From Candidatus Iainarchaeum sp. (lineage in GTDB: Archaea; Iainarchaeota; Iainarchaeia; Iainarchaeales; JAZDDZ01): a DNA stretch of 40,345 nucleotides. Shown here one piece after another: positions 26,176-34,484 of the stretch; the first letter of the stretch is position 1; every line of letters begins with the position of its first letter. The notes under the pieces are model-generated. The model was not told the DNA's origin. It was given only the letters and a program-made list of their open reading frames with translations, and ran no database searches. The position numbers and the translations under genes are program-made. The stretch is taken from the NCBI GenBank assembly GCA_043809245.1, contig JAZDDZ010000034.1, forward strand, positions 1 to 40,345, given 5' to 3'.

Positions 26176-27797
26176 CGCCTTGCACTCTCCGCCAACTCAA
26201 TTGCCTTAATGCACGCTCGCGCCTTTTTCTCCGATTCAATGAATTCCTTTTCCGGAACCGAGTCAAAAACAATTCCCGCGCCGGCGCGTGTGACTGCTTT
26301 CCCGTTTTTCAGGCGCATGCACCTGATTGCAATGCACGAATCAAAGTCCCCTGCTGGCGTTAAATAGCCAACGCTTCCACCGTAAAATCCGCGCTTTGTT
26401 TTCTCATATTGCCTTATGAGCTTCATTGCCTCAACTTTCGGCGCGCCGGTCAAAGTGCCCATGTTCATTGACGCAAGGTAAGCATGCAATGCATCAAAAC
26501 CTTCCTTTAGCTCGCCTTTCACATTTGAAACAATGTGCTGCACGTGTGAGTATTTTTCCACAATGTAAGGCTTGTCCACGTGCCTTGTTCCCGCTTTGCA
26601 TACTCGTGCTACATCATTCCTTGCCAAATCAACAAGCATTGTGTGCTCAGCCAGTTCCTTTTCATCAAGCTTTAATTCGGTTTCAAACCTTGAATCTAAG
26701 TCTGCGTCAAGCTTTCCATTAACATATCCACGTGGCTTTGTTCCGGCAATAGGCCTGATTTCAACTGTTTTGGCTCCGTTGCCTTCAATGCGGATGAATG
26801 TCTCAGGCGAACTCCCAAGCAATACTCCTGTTGACTGATTTAAGTAAAACATGTAAGGCGAGGGATTAAACCTGCGCAGTTCTGCGTAAATTTCCAATGG
26901 CTCCGCGGAATAATTTGAAGTTATTGTGCGCGAAAGCACTAACTGGAAAACATCGCCGGCAAAAATGTTTTCCTTGGCTTTTTTCACCATTTCAACGAAT
27001 TCCTTTTCGCTTGTGTCAGTGGAAACCCTTGGCTTTGCTTTTTCCGCTTTCCACTCCTGTTTCGCTTCAATTGTTTCAGCCGAATGGAATTTTTTCTCCA
27101 GCCCATCCAGCTTTTTTTCGCATTCATCGGCAATCTCTTTGAATTCTTCGCCGAACACAAGCGCATTTGCTATTAACAGCAGTTTTTTTTGTTTGTGGTC
27201 CAAGGTGAAAAGAGAATCGTGAAAGCATAACTCGTAATCAGGCTCTTTCAGCTCATCGCGCTCGTTTTCCGGCAGTTCCTCAAACTGGTCAATGAAGTCA
27301 TAGGAGATGTTGCCAAATAATCCAGCGAAAGGCGCCAGCGGCTTGTCTTTCGGTGGCTTTAACTTGAATGCAATCGCACGCAAAATATCGGCGTGCGTTT
27401 TAAGCTTCAGCCTTTCTTCCTCGGAAAAACTCCCTTTTTTCTGCGAAAGCCTTCCTGAAATGCTTTTTTTGCCTGCGCTTACTTCATCGCAGAAAGAAAA
27501 ATCATCCGCAATGGAGTCAATGAATTTTTCACCCAGAGAATTCAGCGCGCGAATTTCAAATTCTGCTTTTCTTCCAGTCACCTTAACGCAGGGTTCGCTT
27601 GACCCAATGCTTTTCTCGCCGTACCTTGTTATGATGTCAGCTGACTCCAGGAGCATTGAATTCTCTTTTCTGCCGTAATCCGATAGCTCAGCGAAAAATG
27701 AGAGAGCATCAGGGCTGCCGCTGCCTAATCCAATTTCCCGCACAATTGGCGTGATTGAGCCTTTTCCTGCATTTGCAATTTTTTCTTCTATTTTCAT
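26172..27797 (-). CDS. trpE: Anthranilate synthase component I
   Basis: LLESA, GDVFQLVLSR, NPSPYMF, GSSPE, PIAGTKPRG, KELAEHTMLVDLARND, MNMGTLTGAPK, AGAGIVFDS. Confidence 0.96.
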   Translation of the reverse strand: MKIEEKIANAGKGSITPIVREIGLGSGSPDALSFFAELSDYGRKENSMLLESADIITRYGEKSIGSSEPCVKVTGRKAEFEIRALNSLGEKFIDSIADDFSFCDEVSAGKKSISGRLSQKKGSFSEEERLKLKTHADILRAIAFKLKPPKDKPLAPFAGLFGNISYDFIDQFEELPENERDELKEPDYELCFHDSLFTLDHKQKKLLLIANALVFGEEFKEIADECEKKLDGLEKKFHSAETIEAKQEWKAEKAKPRVSTDTSEKEFVEMVKKAKENIFAGDVFQLVLSRTITSNYSAEPLEIYAELRRFNPSPYMFYLNQSTGVLLGSSPETFIRIEGNGAKTVEIRPIAGTKPRGYVNGKLDADLDSRFETELKLDEKELAEHTMLVDLARNDVARVCKAGTRHVDKPYIVEKYSHVQHIVSNVKGELKEGFDALHAYLASMNMGTLTGAPKVEAMKLIRQYEKTKRGFYGGSVGYLTPAGDFDSCIAIRCMRLKNGKAVTRAGAGIVFDSVPEKEFIESEKKARACIKAIELAESARR

Positions 27798-27823
27798 TTT
27801 TTTCGCCTTAAAAGATTTTGGTT

Positions 27824-27896
27824 TGGGGTCGCAGGGATTTGAACCCTGATCAGCTGGTCTGGAGCCAGCCGCACTGCCTGGTTATGCTACAACCCC
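27824..27896 (-). tRNA. tRNA-Trp(CCA), intronless, 3' CCA not encoded
   Basis: Cloverleaf: acceptor GGGGTTG/CGACCCC plus A73, D-stem GCAT/GTGC, anticodon arm GCTGG-CTCCAGA-CCAGC, T-arm CAGGG-TTCAAAT-CCCTG. Confidence 0.95.
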
Positions 27897-27919
27897 TTTA
27901 ATTCCGCTGCCTTGGCGTT

Positions 27920-28031
27920 TTAGCGCCAGCGCCACGAATAAGCGCTGAAAAAAGGAACTAAAAAATTTGCCTTGCGGAAGCTAAAAAGACCTAGAAAATC
28001 AGTGAAGCCAAAGTAAATCGCCTGAATTCAT
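27920..28031 (-). promoter_or_regulatory. Putative trp leader/attenuator: uORF MNSGDLLWLH* (28031-27999) plus overlapping +1 frame ending YSWRWR* (stop 27922-27920)
   Basis: ATG lies 30 nt downstream of the TTTAAATA box. Trp codons at 28010, 27934 and 27928, U-tracts, and alternative GC-rich stems cover the WRWR codons. Confidence 0.6.
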
Positions 28032-28061
28032 GCTTCCACTCAAAAATTCTGCTGCATCATT

Positions 28062-28076
28062 TATTTAAAGCTTTCC
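28062..28076 (-). promoter_or_regulatory. BRE/TATA promoter of the leader-tRNA-Trp-trp transcript
   Basis: Minus strand reads GGAAAG-C-TTTAAATA. Confidence 0.7.
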
Positions 28077-28083
28077 CTGCGGC

Positions 28084-29376
28084 TTAACCGCCGAGCTCTT
28101 CATAGCTCTCGATTTTTCCATCTGGCTTTAGCTTGAAGGCAAAGGTCATTTTGTTGATTAAAACCATTGCCTTCCAGCCGGAATCGGTTTTCTGCATGCT
28201 CGTTATCTTTATTTCCTTGTCCGAGCCGAGCTCTGTTTTTAATGTGAAAAGAAGGTTTAGCTTTGCTGTTCCGTCATCCGACAAGGCAAGCTTGCTTTCC
28301 TGCTGTTTTGCTGCAGGCTCTGGCGCCATAGGCCTTGCCATTGGTTTTGGCGCAATCTGCTGAGGCTGCTGCGACGCTTTCGTTTCCTGCTGTTTTTGCA
28401 CTGGTTTCCAGCTTTCTTCAGGAGGCGCGAAGCCTGAGCCCATTATTTCGCGGTAAATGCCGACCGTCATAAGTGAAAAAATCAGGACGCTGAAAGCTGA
28501 AATAATAAAGCTTGAGATAAACGTTGAAACGTAAACCAAAGCGTAATACATTAACAGCCCGGCGATTTGCTCTGACCCAAGCACGGATATGCTTGAGGCT
28601 CCTGCCACTGAAGGCGCGCTTATTCCGGTTATCGCCGAAAGCGGCAGAAGGATAATCATTTGCAGCACAACCTGGATGATTCCCAAAACAATTGCGCTGA
28701 CTATTCCAACAACAATCATTGCAAGCAGAATTGAAAGCACTTTTCCATCAGTCATTTTCCAAGATGATTTAATTGCGTCAATTATTCCAATGTCCTTATG
28801 CAGGTAAATGACCGGAGACATTGACAGCCTTAAAGAATTGTAAATTACTATTATTCCGTAAACAAGCAAAAGCAGAAAAGCCAGGATAGCCAGAATCCAG
28901 CCAGCGAATAGTGCGATGATTAATATTACAACCGCTGCTGCCAAAACAAGCAGTAACTTCAAATCCAATGCCGAAAAAATTGCGGCAAAAAATTGCACTA
29001 TTACAAGCAAAACAAGCTTCAGGTATTTAACCAATGAAAACTTCGCGGGCTCTATTCCTGCCTTTTTCAAGCCATAAATTGTAACAAGCGCGTTAACGTA
29101 ATAGCTTACCAATGCGAAAACTATTCCAATCAGTGCCGCAAAAGCAATGAAAAGAAACAAATTGCTCAAAAGCACGATAGGGTTGGTTAAAAGCTGCGCC
29201 AAACTTGCCGGATTGCTTATCAGTGAGGAAATTAAATCCCCAAAAAGCAACCAGCCAATGCCGATAATTAGAAGCCATTCAATTGCGGTGATAACCCATA
29301 GGAGCACAATGTACTTCCATGCAGCCCTGTCCTTGAGCCAGGAAAAGGAAAACAGCAGAATCTTTTCGTAGTCCAT
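28084..29376 (-). CDS. Multi-pass hypothetical membrane protein with soluble C-terminal domain
   Basis: Several TM segments, a ..DAIKSSWKMTDGK.. motif typical of this membrane-domain type, a Q/P-rich linker, and its own TATA box (TTTAAATA at 29414-29407). Confidence 0.75.
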   Translation of the reverse strand: MDYEKILLFSFSWLKDRAAWKYIVLLWVITAIEWLLIIGIGWLLFGDLISSLISNPASLAQLLTNPIVLLSNLFLFIAFAALIGIVFALVSYYVNALVTIYGLKKAGIEPAKFSLVKYLKLVLLVIVQFFAAIFSALDLKLLLVLAAAVVILIIALFAGWILAILAFLLLLVYGIIVIYNSLRLSMSPVIYLHKDIGIIDAIKSSWKMTDGKVLSILLAMIVVGIVSAIVLGIIQVVLQMIILLPLSAITGISAPSVAGASSISVLGSEQIAGLLMYYALVYVSTFISSFIISAFSVLIFSLMTVGIYREIMGSGFAPPEESWKPVQKQQETKASQQPQQIAPKPMARPMAPEPAAKQQESKLALSDDGTAKLNLLFTLKTELGSDKEIKITSMQKTDSGWKAMVLINKMTFAFKLKPDGKIESYEELGG

Positions 29377-29442
29377 GCTTTTCGTTAAAATGAAGGGATA
29401 AAGATATATTTAAAGGCTTCGCCTTTGTGGAATTTGTTCTTT

Positions 29443-30456
29443 TTACATCTCCCTTCCAACTGCTTCCGCGACTTTCCTTAACTCTGCCATCAGCTTTGCG
29501 AATTCAGAGCCGACAATCTGCTGTGCTGCATCGCACTGTGCCTTTGAGGGGTCTGCGTGAACCTCTATCAGCAGCCCGTCTGCGCCCGCTGCAATTGCGG
29601 CCTTGCTTACATAGGGAACCAAATCCTTTTTTCCCATTGCATGGCTTGGGTCAACAATGACAGGCAAATGCGTGTTCGCTTTCAGCACGGGAATTGCGCC
29701 CAAATCCAGCGTGAACCTTGTGTCTGTTTCAAATGTCCTGATTCCGCGGTAGCAAAGAATTACGTTGTGGTTGCCTTCGCTCATAATGTATTCAGCGGCC
29801 ATCAAAAATTCCTTTATAGTGGAACTCAAACCGTTTTTCAGAATAACCGGCTTGTCAATTTTCCCGACTTCCTTGAGCAATTCAAAGTTCTGCATGTTCC
29901 TTGCGCCGACTCTCACAAGGTCAACGTATTTTGCGACCAATTCAACGTGCCTTGTGTCCATTACCTCTGTTTCAACCGGAAAGCCGAATTTCTCCCTGAC
30001 TTTCTGCAGCATTTTAAGGCCAGGCTCCCCCAAACCCTGAAAATCATAGGGCGATGTTCGCGGCTTGTAAGCCGAGCCGCGGAAAATATCCGCGCCCGCT
30101 TCCTTCACATATTTAGCTGACCTCATAAGCAAGTCCTCGTTCTCTATAGCGCAGGGGCCTGCAATGATTGTAAGCTTGTTTCCGCCGACCTTAACCCCAT
30201 TGATGTCAATGATTGTCGGTTCAGAGTGGAATTCTTTGCTTGCCAACTTGAAAGGCTTGAGTATGGGCATTACTTTTTCAACGCCAGGAAGCGTCTGCAA
30301 ATGCTCTGCATTCAAAACCCTTTCGTCCCCGACAGCGCCAATGATTGTGCGCTCAGTTCCCTTTGAAATGTGCGCCTTCAGGCCCGCGCGCTCTATTTCC
30401 TTCACAACGCCTTTGAGCTCTTTGTCCGAAGCTCCTTTCTTCAAAACAATAATCAT
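29443..30456 (-). CDS. aroF: DAHP synthase type I-beta with N-terminal ACT/ferredoxin-like regulatory domain
   Basis: MIIVLK..G.ERTIIGAVGD, IAGPCAIE, KPRTSPYDFQGLG, GARNMQNF.LL, DPSHA.G. ATG at 30456 follows GGTGGAG. Confidence 0.95.
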   Translation of the reverse strand: MIIVLKKGASDKELKGVVKEIERAGLKAHISKGTERTIIGAVGDERVLNAEHLQTLPGVEKVMPILKPFKLASKEFHSEPTIIDINGVKVGGNKLTIIAGPCAIENEDLLMRSAKYVKEAGADIFRGSAYKPRTSPYDFQGLGEPGLKMLQKVREKFGFPVETEVMDTRHVELVAKYVDLVRVGARNMQNFELLKEVGKIDKPVILKNGLSSTIKEFLMAAEYIMSEGNHNVILCYRGIRTFETDTRFTLDLGAIPVLKANTHLPVIVDPSHAMGKKDLVPYVSKAAIAAGADGLLIEVHADPSKAQCDAAQQIVGSEFAKLMAELRKVAEAVGREM

Positions 30457-30499
30457 ATTCTCCACCATTCCTGTGTCATTAACATCACGCTCCGTTAAT

Positions 30500-31447
30500 T
30501 TATTTCCCCTTAACTATTTTTTCCGCAGCCAAAACAATTGCCTTGGCATTCAACCCGTACTTTTCGTAAAGCTCTTCCTGTGTTCCGCTCTCGCCAAACT
30601 TGTCCCGAACCCCAATGCGCGCAACTTTGCACGGATAATTTTCCGCAACTGTTTCCGCAACCGCGCCCCCTAATCCTCCAATAACGCTGTGGTCTTCAAC
30701 CGAAACAATCGCCCCGAAACTTTTTGCAAGCGCAATAATTTTCTTCTCATCCAATGGCTTTATTGAAGCAATGTTCACGACTTCCGCTGAAATCCCTTTT
30801 TTCTGCAGTTCTTCCGCGGCTTTTAATGACTCTTCCAATACAATTCCTGTGGAAACAATTGCCAAATCATTTCCCTCGCACATTGTTCTCGATTTTCCCA
30901 GTTCAAAAGAATAATTTTTTTCATCAAATAAAAGCCTTGTTTTCGGCCTTGCCATCCGCAAATAAACCGGCCCCTCAATCTCTGCCGCTGCTTTTGTTGC
31001 GGCTTTCGCTTCAGTGAAATCCGCTGGAACAATTACTTTCATGTTCGGCAGCACCCTCATCAATGCAATGTCCTCAAGCGCCTGATGTGTTGCGCCATCC
31101 TCTCCAACGCTTAATCCCGCGTGGCTTCCGACGATTTTCACGTTTGCTTTTGCGTAAGCGACTGAAACCCTAACCTGGTCGTAAACCCTTCCAGTTGCGA
31201 AAACCGCGAAAGTGGATGCAAAGGAAATTTTTCCGCTGTAAGCCAATCCCGCGGCAATGCCAATCATGTTCGCTTCAGCCACGCCCGCGTCAAAAAACCT
31301 TTCAGGAAAACTTTTCTTAAATTTCGCTGAACCGGTGCTTTTGCTCAAGTCAGCGTCAAGCGCAACAATTCTGTTGTTTGCCGCGCCAAGCTCTGCGAGC
31401 GCTTCAGAGTATCCTTCCCTTGTTGCCTTGAGAATCGCTTCAGCCAT
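30500..31447 (-). CDS. tktB: Transketolase C-terminal subunit
   Basis: LDADLSKST, GVAEANM, GEDGATHQALED, GPVYLR, IKPLD, EDHS..GGLG. Confidence 0.93.
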   Translation of the reverse strand: MAEAILKATREGYSEALAELGAANNRIVALDADLSKSTGSAKFKKSFPERFFDAGVAEANMIGIAAGLAYSGKISFASTFAVFATGRVYDQVRVSVAYAKANVKIVGSHAGLSVGEDGATHQALEDIALMRVLPNMKVIVPADFTEAKAATKAAAEIEGPVYLRMARPKTRLLFDEKNYSFELGKSRTMCEGNDLAIVSTGIVLEESLKAAEELQKKGISAEVVNIASIKPLDEKKIIALAKSFGAIVSVEDHSVIGGLGGAVAETVAENYPCKVARIGVRDKFGESGTQEELYEKYGLNAKAIVLAAEKIVKGK

Positions 31448-32266
31448 TTACTCAGCCCCTAATTCATTTAACGCTTTCCCCAGCTCTTCTTTTGAAAGGC
31501 ATTTTCCATGATAGTCTACAATGCATTCCATGAATGAAACGCCTTTTCCCTTCACTGTTTTTGCAATAATCATTGTCGGCTTTCCCTTAAACTGCCTTGC
31601 ATTTTCAAGCGCATCAATTATCTGCGCAAAATTATGCCCGTCAATTTCCAAAACATTCCAGTTGAACGCTTTCCATTTGTCTTTCAGCGGCTCCAGGTCT
31701 ATTACTTCCTCCATTTTTCCGTCAATCTGCATTCGATTGTAATCCGTTATTCCAATCAAATTGTCCAGCTTGTGGTGCCCTGCAAACATTGCAGCCTCCC
31801 ATACCTGTCCTTCCTGGCTTTCACCGCAGCCAAGCATGCAGTAAACCTTTGACTGCTTTTTGTCCATGCGTGCAGCCAAAGCCATTCCAACCGCAACGCT
31901 TAAGCCCTGCCCCAATGAGCCAGTTGTGGCTTCAATGCCAGGGGTTTTCAACCTGTCGGGGTGGCCCTGCAGCATGCCTCCAATTTTGCGCAGGTTCTGC
32001 AATTCTTTTTTTGAAAAATATCCTTGGTCAGCGAGAACAGCGTAAAGCGCGGGAGCACAGTGCCCTTTGCTTAAGACAAACTTGTCCCTTTCATCCAACC
32101 GCGGTTTCTTTGGGTCGTGATTTAAAATTCCGCCATAGTAAAGCGCGACAATCACGTCTGTCGCGGAAAGGCTTCCTCCAGGATGACCGGAATTTGCCGC
32201 AGTTGTCATCCGCAAAATGTCCGCACGGATTCCCTTTGCCTTGGCTTCCAATTGCTTTGCGTCCAT
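31448..32266 (-). CDS. tktA: Transketolase N-terminal subunit
   Basis: SGHPGGSLS, RDKFVLSKGH, LQGHP, TGSLGQGLS, G(C)GE.QEGQVWEA ThDP motif, TVKGKG. Confidence 0.93.
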   Translation of the reverse strand: MDAKQLEAKAKGIRADILRMTTAANSGHPGGSLSATDVIVALYYGGILNHDPKKPRLDERDKFVLSKGHCAPALYAVLADQGYFSKKELQNLRKIGGMLQGHPDRLKTPGIEATTGSLGQGLSVAVGMALAARMDKKQSKVYCMLGCGESQEGQVWEAAMFAGHHKLDNLIGITDYNRMQIDGKMEEVIDLEPLKDKWKAFNWNVLEIDGHNFAQIIDALENARQFKGKPTMIIAKTVKGKGVSFMECIVDYHGKCLSKEELGKALNELGAE

Positions 32267-32272
32267 TTTTTT

Positions 32273-33343
32273 TCACTCGCTTATTGCTTCCTCGGGATAA
32301 GAGCCCAGGACCCTTAAAAACATGCAGTTTTGCTTCATTCGCTCCAATGCCTTTTTCACTTTCTCGTCTTCAATGAAGCCCTGAACATCAACAAAGAACA
32401 CATACTCCCATGTTTTCTTTTTTGTGGGCCTTGACTCAATCTTTGTCATGTTGACATTGAATTCATGGAATGCCTTTAACGCGTTGAACAAAGAGCCTGC
32501 CTCGTGTTTCACGGAGAAAACAAGGCTTGTCTTGTCCTTGCCTGTCCTCTTCATTGACGCCTTCCCGATAACGAAAAAGCGCGTGAAGTTATGCGCGCTG
32601 TCCTCAATGTTTTTTGCAAGAACATTCAAGCCAAAATCCTTTGCAGCCAACTCCGAGGCAATTGCAGCGCTTTTAAGGTAAAGCTTTGCCTCTTCCGCCG
32701 CCTTGGCGGTGCTCGGCGACTCAACGAGTTCAACTGTCGGCAAATTCTTTCCAAGCCAATTCCTGCACTGTGCAAAAGCCTGGGGATGCGAGTAAACCTT
32801 TTTCACTTCGAATAATTCAAACTTTGACAAAAGGCAGTGGTTTATCTCCAGCTGAATCTCCCCTACAATTCCCAAATCAGAGTCAATGAACATGTCAAGC
32901 GTGTGATTCACTGTTCCCTCGGTTGAATTTTCAATCGGGACAACTCCATAGGCGGCTTCTTTTTTTTCAACCGCGTCAAAAACCTCTTTAATGCTGTCCT
33001 TTGCAATGAATTCAGCCATTGAACCGAATTTTTTCAAGGCAGCCATGTGTGTAAAGGTCGTTCGGGGGCCCAAAAAAGCGATTTTCTGCCTTTCCTGCGC
33101 CTGCCTGCTCGCGCTCAAAACCTCGGAGTAAATCGCTTCAACTGCTTCCCTTGGAATCTTTCCGTTCGCGTTTTTAACAAGGCTTTCAAGCACCTCTTTT
33201 TCTCGCGCAGGCACCAAGACTTCCTCGCCTTTTTTTCTCTTCTCTTCGGCTATTTTTTTCGCTATTGCAAGCCTCTCTCCGATAAGTGAAAGCACTTTTG
33301 CGTCAATTTCGTCAATTTTTTTCCTTTCCTCTTCCAAACCCAT
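32273..33343 (-). CDS. pheA: Bifunctional chorismate mutase / prephenate dehydratase (P-protein)
   Basis: LEEERKKIDEID..R, AFLGP..TFT, VVPIENSTEG, SHPQAFAQC, N.TRF, NMTKIESRP ACT domain. ATG at 33343 follows GTGAGTGA. Confidence 0.96.
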   Translation of the reverse strand: MGLEEERKKIDEIDAKVLSLIGERLAIAKKIAEEKRKKGEEVLVPAREKEVLESLVKNANGKIPREAVEAIYSEVLSASRQAQERQKIAFLGPRTTFTHMAALKKFGSMAEFIAKDSIKEVFDAVEKKEAAYGVVPIENSTEGTVNHTLDMFIDSDLGIVGEIQLEINHCLLSKFELFEVKKVYSHPQAFAQCRNWLGKNLPTVELVESPSTAKAAEEAKLYLKSAAIASELAAKDFGLNVLAKNIEDSAHNFTRFFVIGKASMKRTGKDKTSLVFSVKHEAGSLFNALKAFHEFNVNMTKIESRPTKKKTWEYVFFVDVQGFIEDEKVKKALERMKQNCMFLRVLGSYPEEAISE

Positions 33344-33367
33344 TTCAATCACTCACTTTTTTTTATT

Positions 33368-34015
33368 TCATTTCTTCGGAACCTTTGCCCAGTCATCCAA
33401 AAATCTCTTTATACCCGCATCAGTCAGTGAATGCCTGAACATTTTTGAAAGAACGTCAAACGGAACAGTCGCGATGTGCGCCCCCATTTTCGCTGACTCC
33501 ACGACATGAATCGGGTGCCTTACGCTTGCAACAATCACTTCAGTTGCATAACCATAATTCCTGAATATTTCCATTATTTCCTTTATGAGCGCCAAGCCAT
33601 TCTCTCCCTGGTCGTCTAATCTTCCAACAAAAGGGCTCACATAGCTTGCGCCTGCCTTTGCCGCGAGCAAAGCCTGGTTTGCTGAGAAAACAAGCGTCAC
33701 ATTGGTTTTGATTCCCTCTTTTGCGAGCTTTTTCACTGCCTTCAATCCTTCGGCTGTCATTGGAATTTTCACGACAACGTTTTTGTGAATCTTCGCAAGT
33801 TGTTCGGCTTCTTTCACCATTTCCTCTGCTTTTTCGCTGACTGCTTCCGCGCTTATCGGGCCATCAACAATTGAGCAAATCTCCTTGACGACTTCCTCAA
33901 ATTTCCTGCCCTCTTTTGCCACAAGCGTGGGATTCGTTGTAACGCCGTCAATTACCCCCCATTCATTTGCCTTTTTTATTTCCTCTATATTCGCTGTATC
34001 CAAAAAAATTTTCAT
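33368..34015 (-). CDS. tal: Transaldolase (TalC/FSA family)
   Basis: [51 protein letters not shown]. Confidence 0.95.
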   Translation of the reverse strand: MKIFLDTANIEEIKKANEWGVIDGVTTNPTLVAKEGRKFEEVVKEICSIVDGPISAEAVSEKAEEMVKEAEQLAKIHKNVVVKIPMTAEGLKAVKKLAKEGIKTNVTLVFSANQALLAAKAGASYVSPFVGRLDDQGENGLALIKEIMEIFRNYGYATEVIVASVRHPIHVVESAKMGAHIATVPFDVLSKMFRHSLTDAGIKRFLDDWAKVPKK

Positions 34016-34037
34016 ATCTATACCCCTTTTGTTTTCG

Positions 34038-34069
34038 GCAACCCGCCCAAAAAAGCCTTGAGCAGTTGC
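34038..34069 (-). promoter_or_regulatory. Leader hairpin directly after the aromatic leader peptide stop
   Basis: GCAAC-U-GCUCAA...UUGGGC-(G)G-GUUGC stem enclosing a U6 run, 22 nt upstream of the tal ATG. Confidence 0.65.
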
Positions 34070-34165
34070 TTATTGAAAAAAGTAAGCAAAATAGTAATAA
34101 AAAGCCTTATCTGAGGCAGTCTCTTCCGTCCAAAGATAATCCCTGCCACAAACAACCGCTTTCAT
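34070..34165 (-). CDS. Putative aromatic-amino-acid leader peptide MKAVVCGRDYLWTEETASDKAFYYYFAYFFQ
   Basis: 31-aa uORF about 25 nt downstream of a TATA box (34200-34191). Eight of the last ten residues are Phe or Tyr. It lies upstream of tal-pheA-tkt-aroF. Confidence 0.75.
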   Translation of the reverse strand: MKAVVCGRDYLWTEETASDKAFYYYFAYFFQ

Positions 34166-34199
34166 GCAATCAAATTTGTAAGGCAAAAGGTTTAAATAA

Positions 34200-34424
34200 A
34201 TGATTAATTCACTTAATCAATTGGCAGGCGATGTTTTGGGCGCACTGGATGAAGCGAATGATTTGCTGCTTTCCGCAGAAAAAACAGTCAGGACAGTTGA
34301 GCGCGCAGAAGGCACTGCCAAAAAAGTTTCAGGAATGGCTGGAAAAGGCTGGCTTTACATTCTAATCGCTGCAGCCGTCCTTCTGATTCTCGCTGCGCTG
34401 TTTGTTTTGACCGGCTCGTTTTGA
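34200..34424 (+). CDS. Small hypothetical protein with C-terminal TM anchor
   Basis: 74 aa, coiled N-terminal part and hydrophobic C-terminus. Confidence 0.55.
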   Translation: MINSLNQLAGDVLGALDEANDLLLSAEKTVRTVERAEGTAKKVSGMAGKGWLYILIAAAVLLILAALFVLTGSF

Positions 34425-34466
34425 CCGGTAATTCCCCTTAAAATACTTTCCATACAGTTAAACATA

Positions 34467-34484
34467 TGTCCAGTTTATTGGACA
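34467..34484. promoter_or_regulatory. Palindromic operator TGTCCA-N6-TGGACA upstream of the second MNT-HEPN pair
   Basis: Perfect 6-bp inverted repeat abutting the ATG at 34485. Confidence 0.55.

Noticed and set aside
27897-28040. T-box riboswitch or a second BHB intron in the trp leader
   Set aside because: No T-box consensus. The best BHB-like pairing (AGGC/GCUU) lacks flanking helices and would remove 15 nt without joining the ATG to the WRWR frame.
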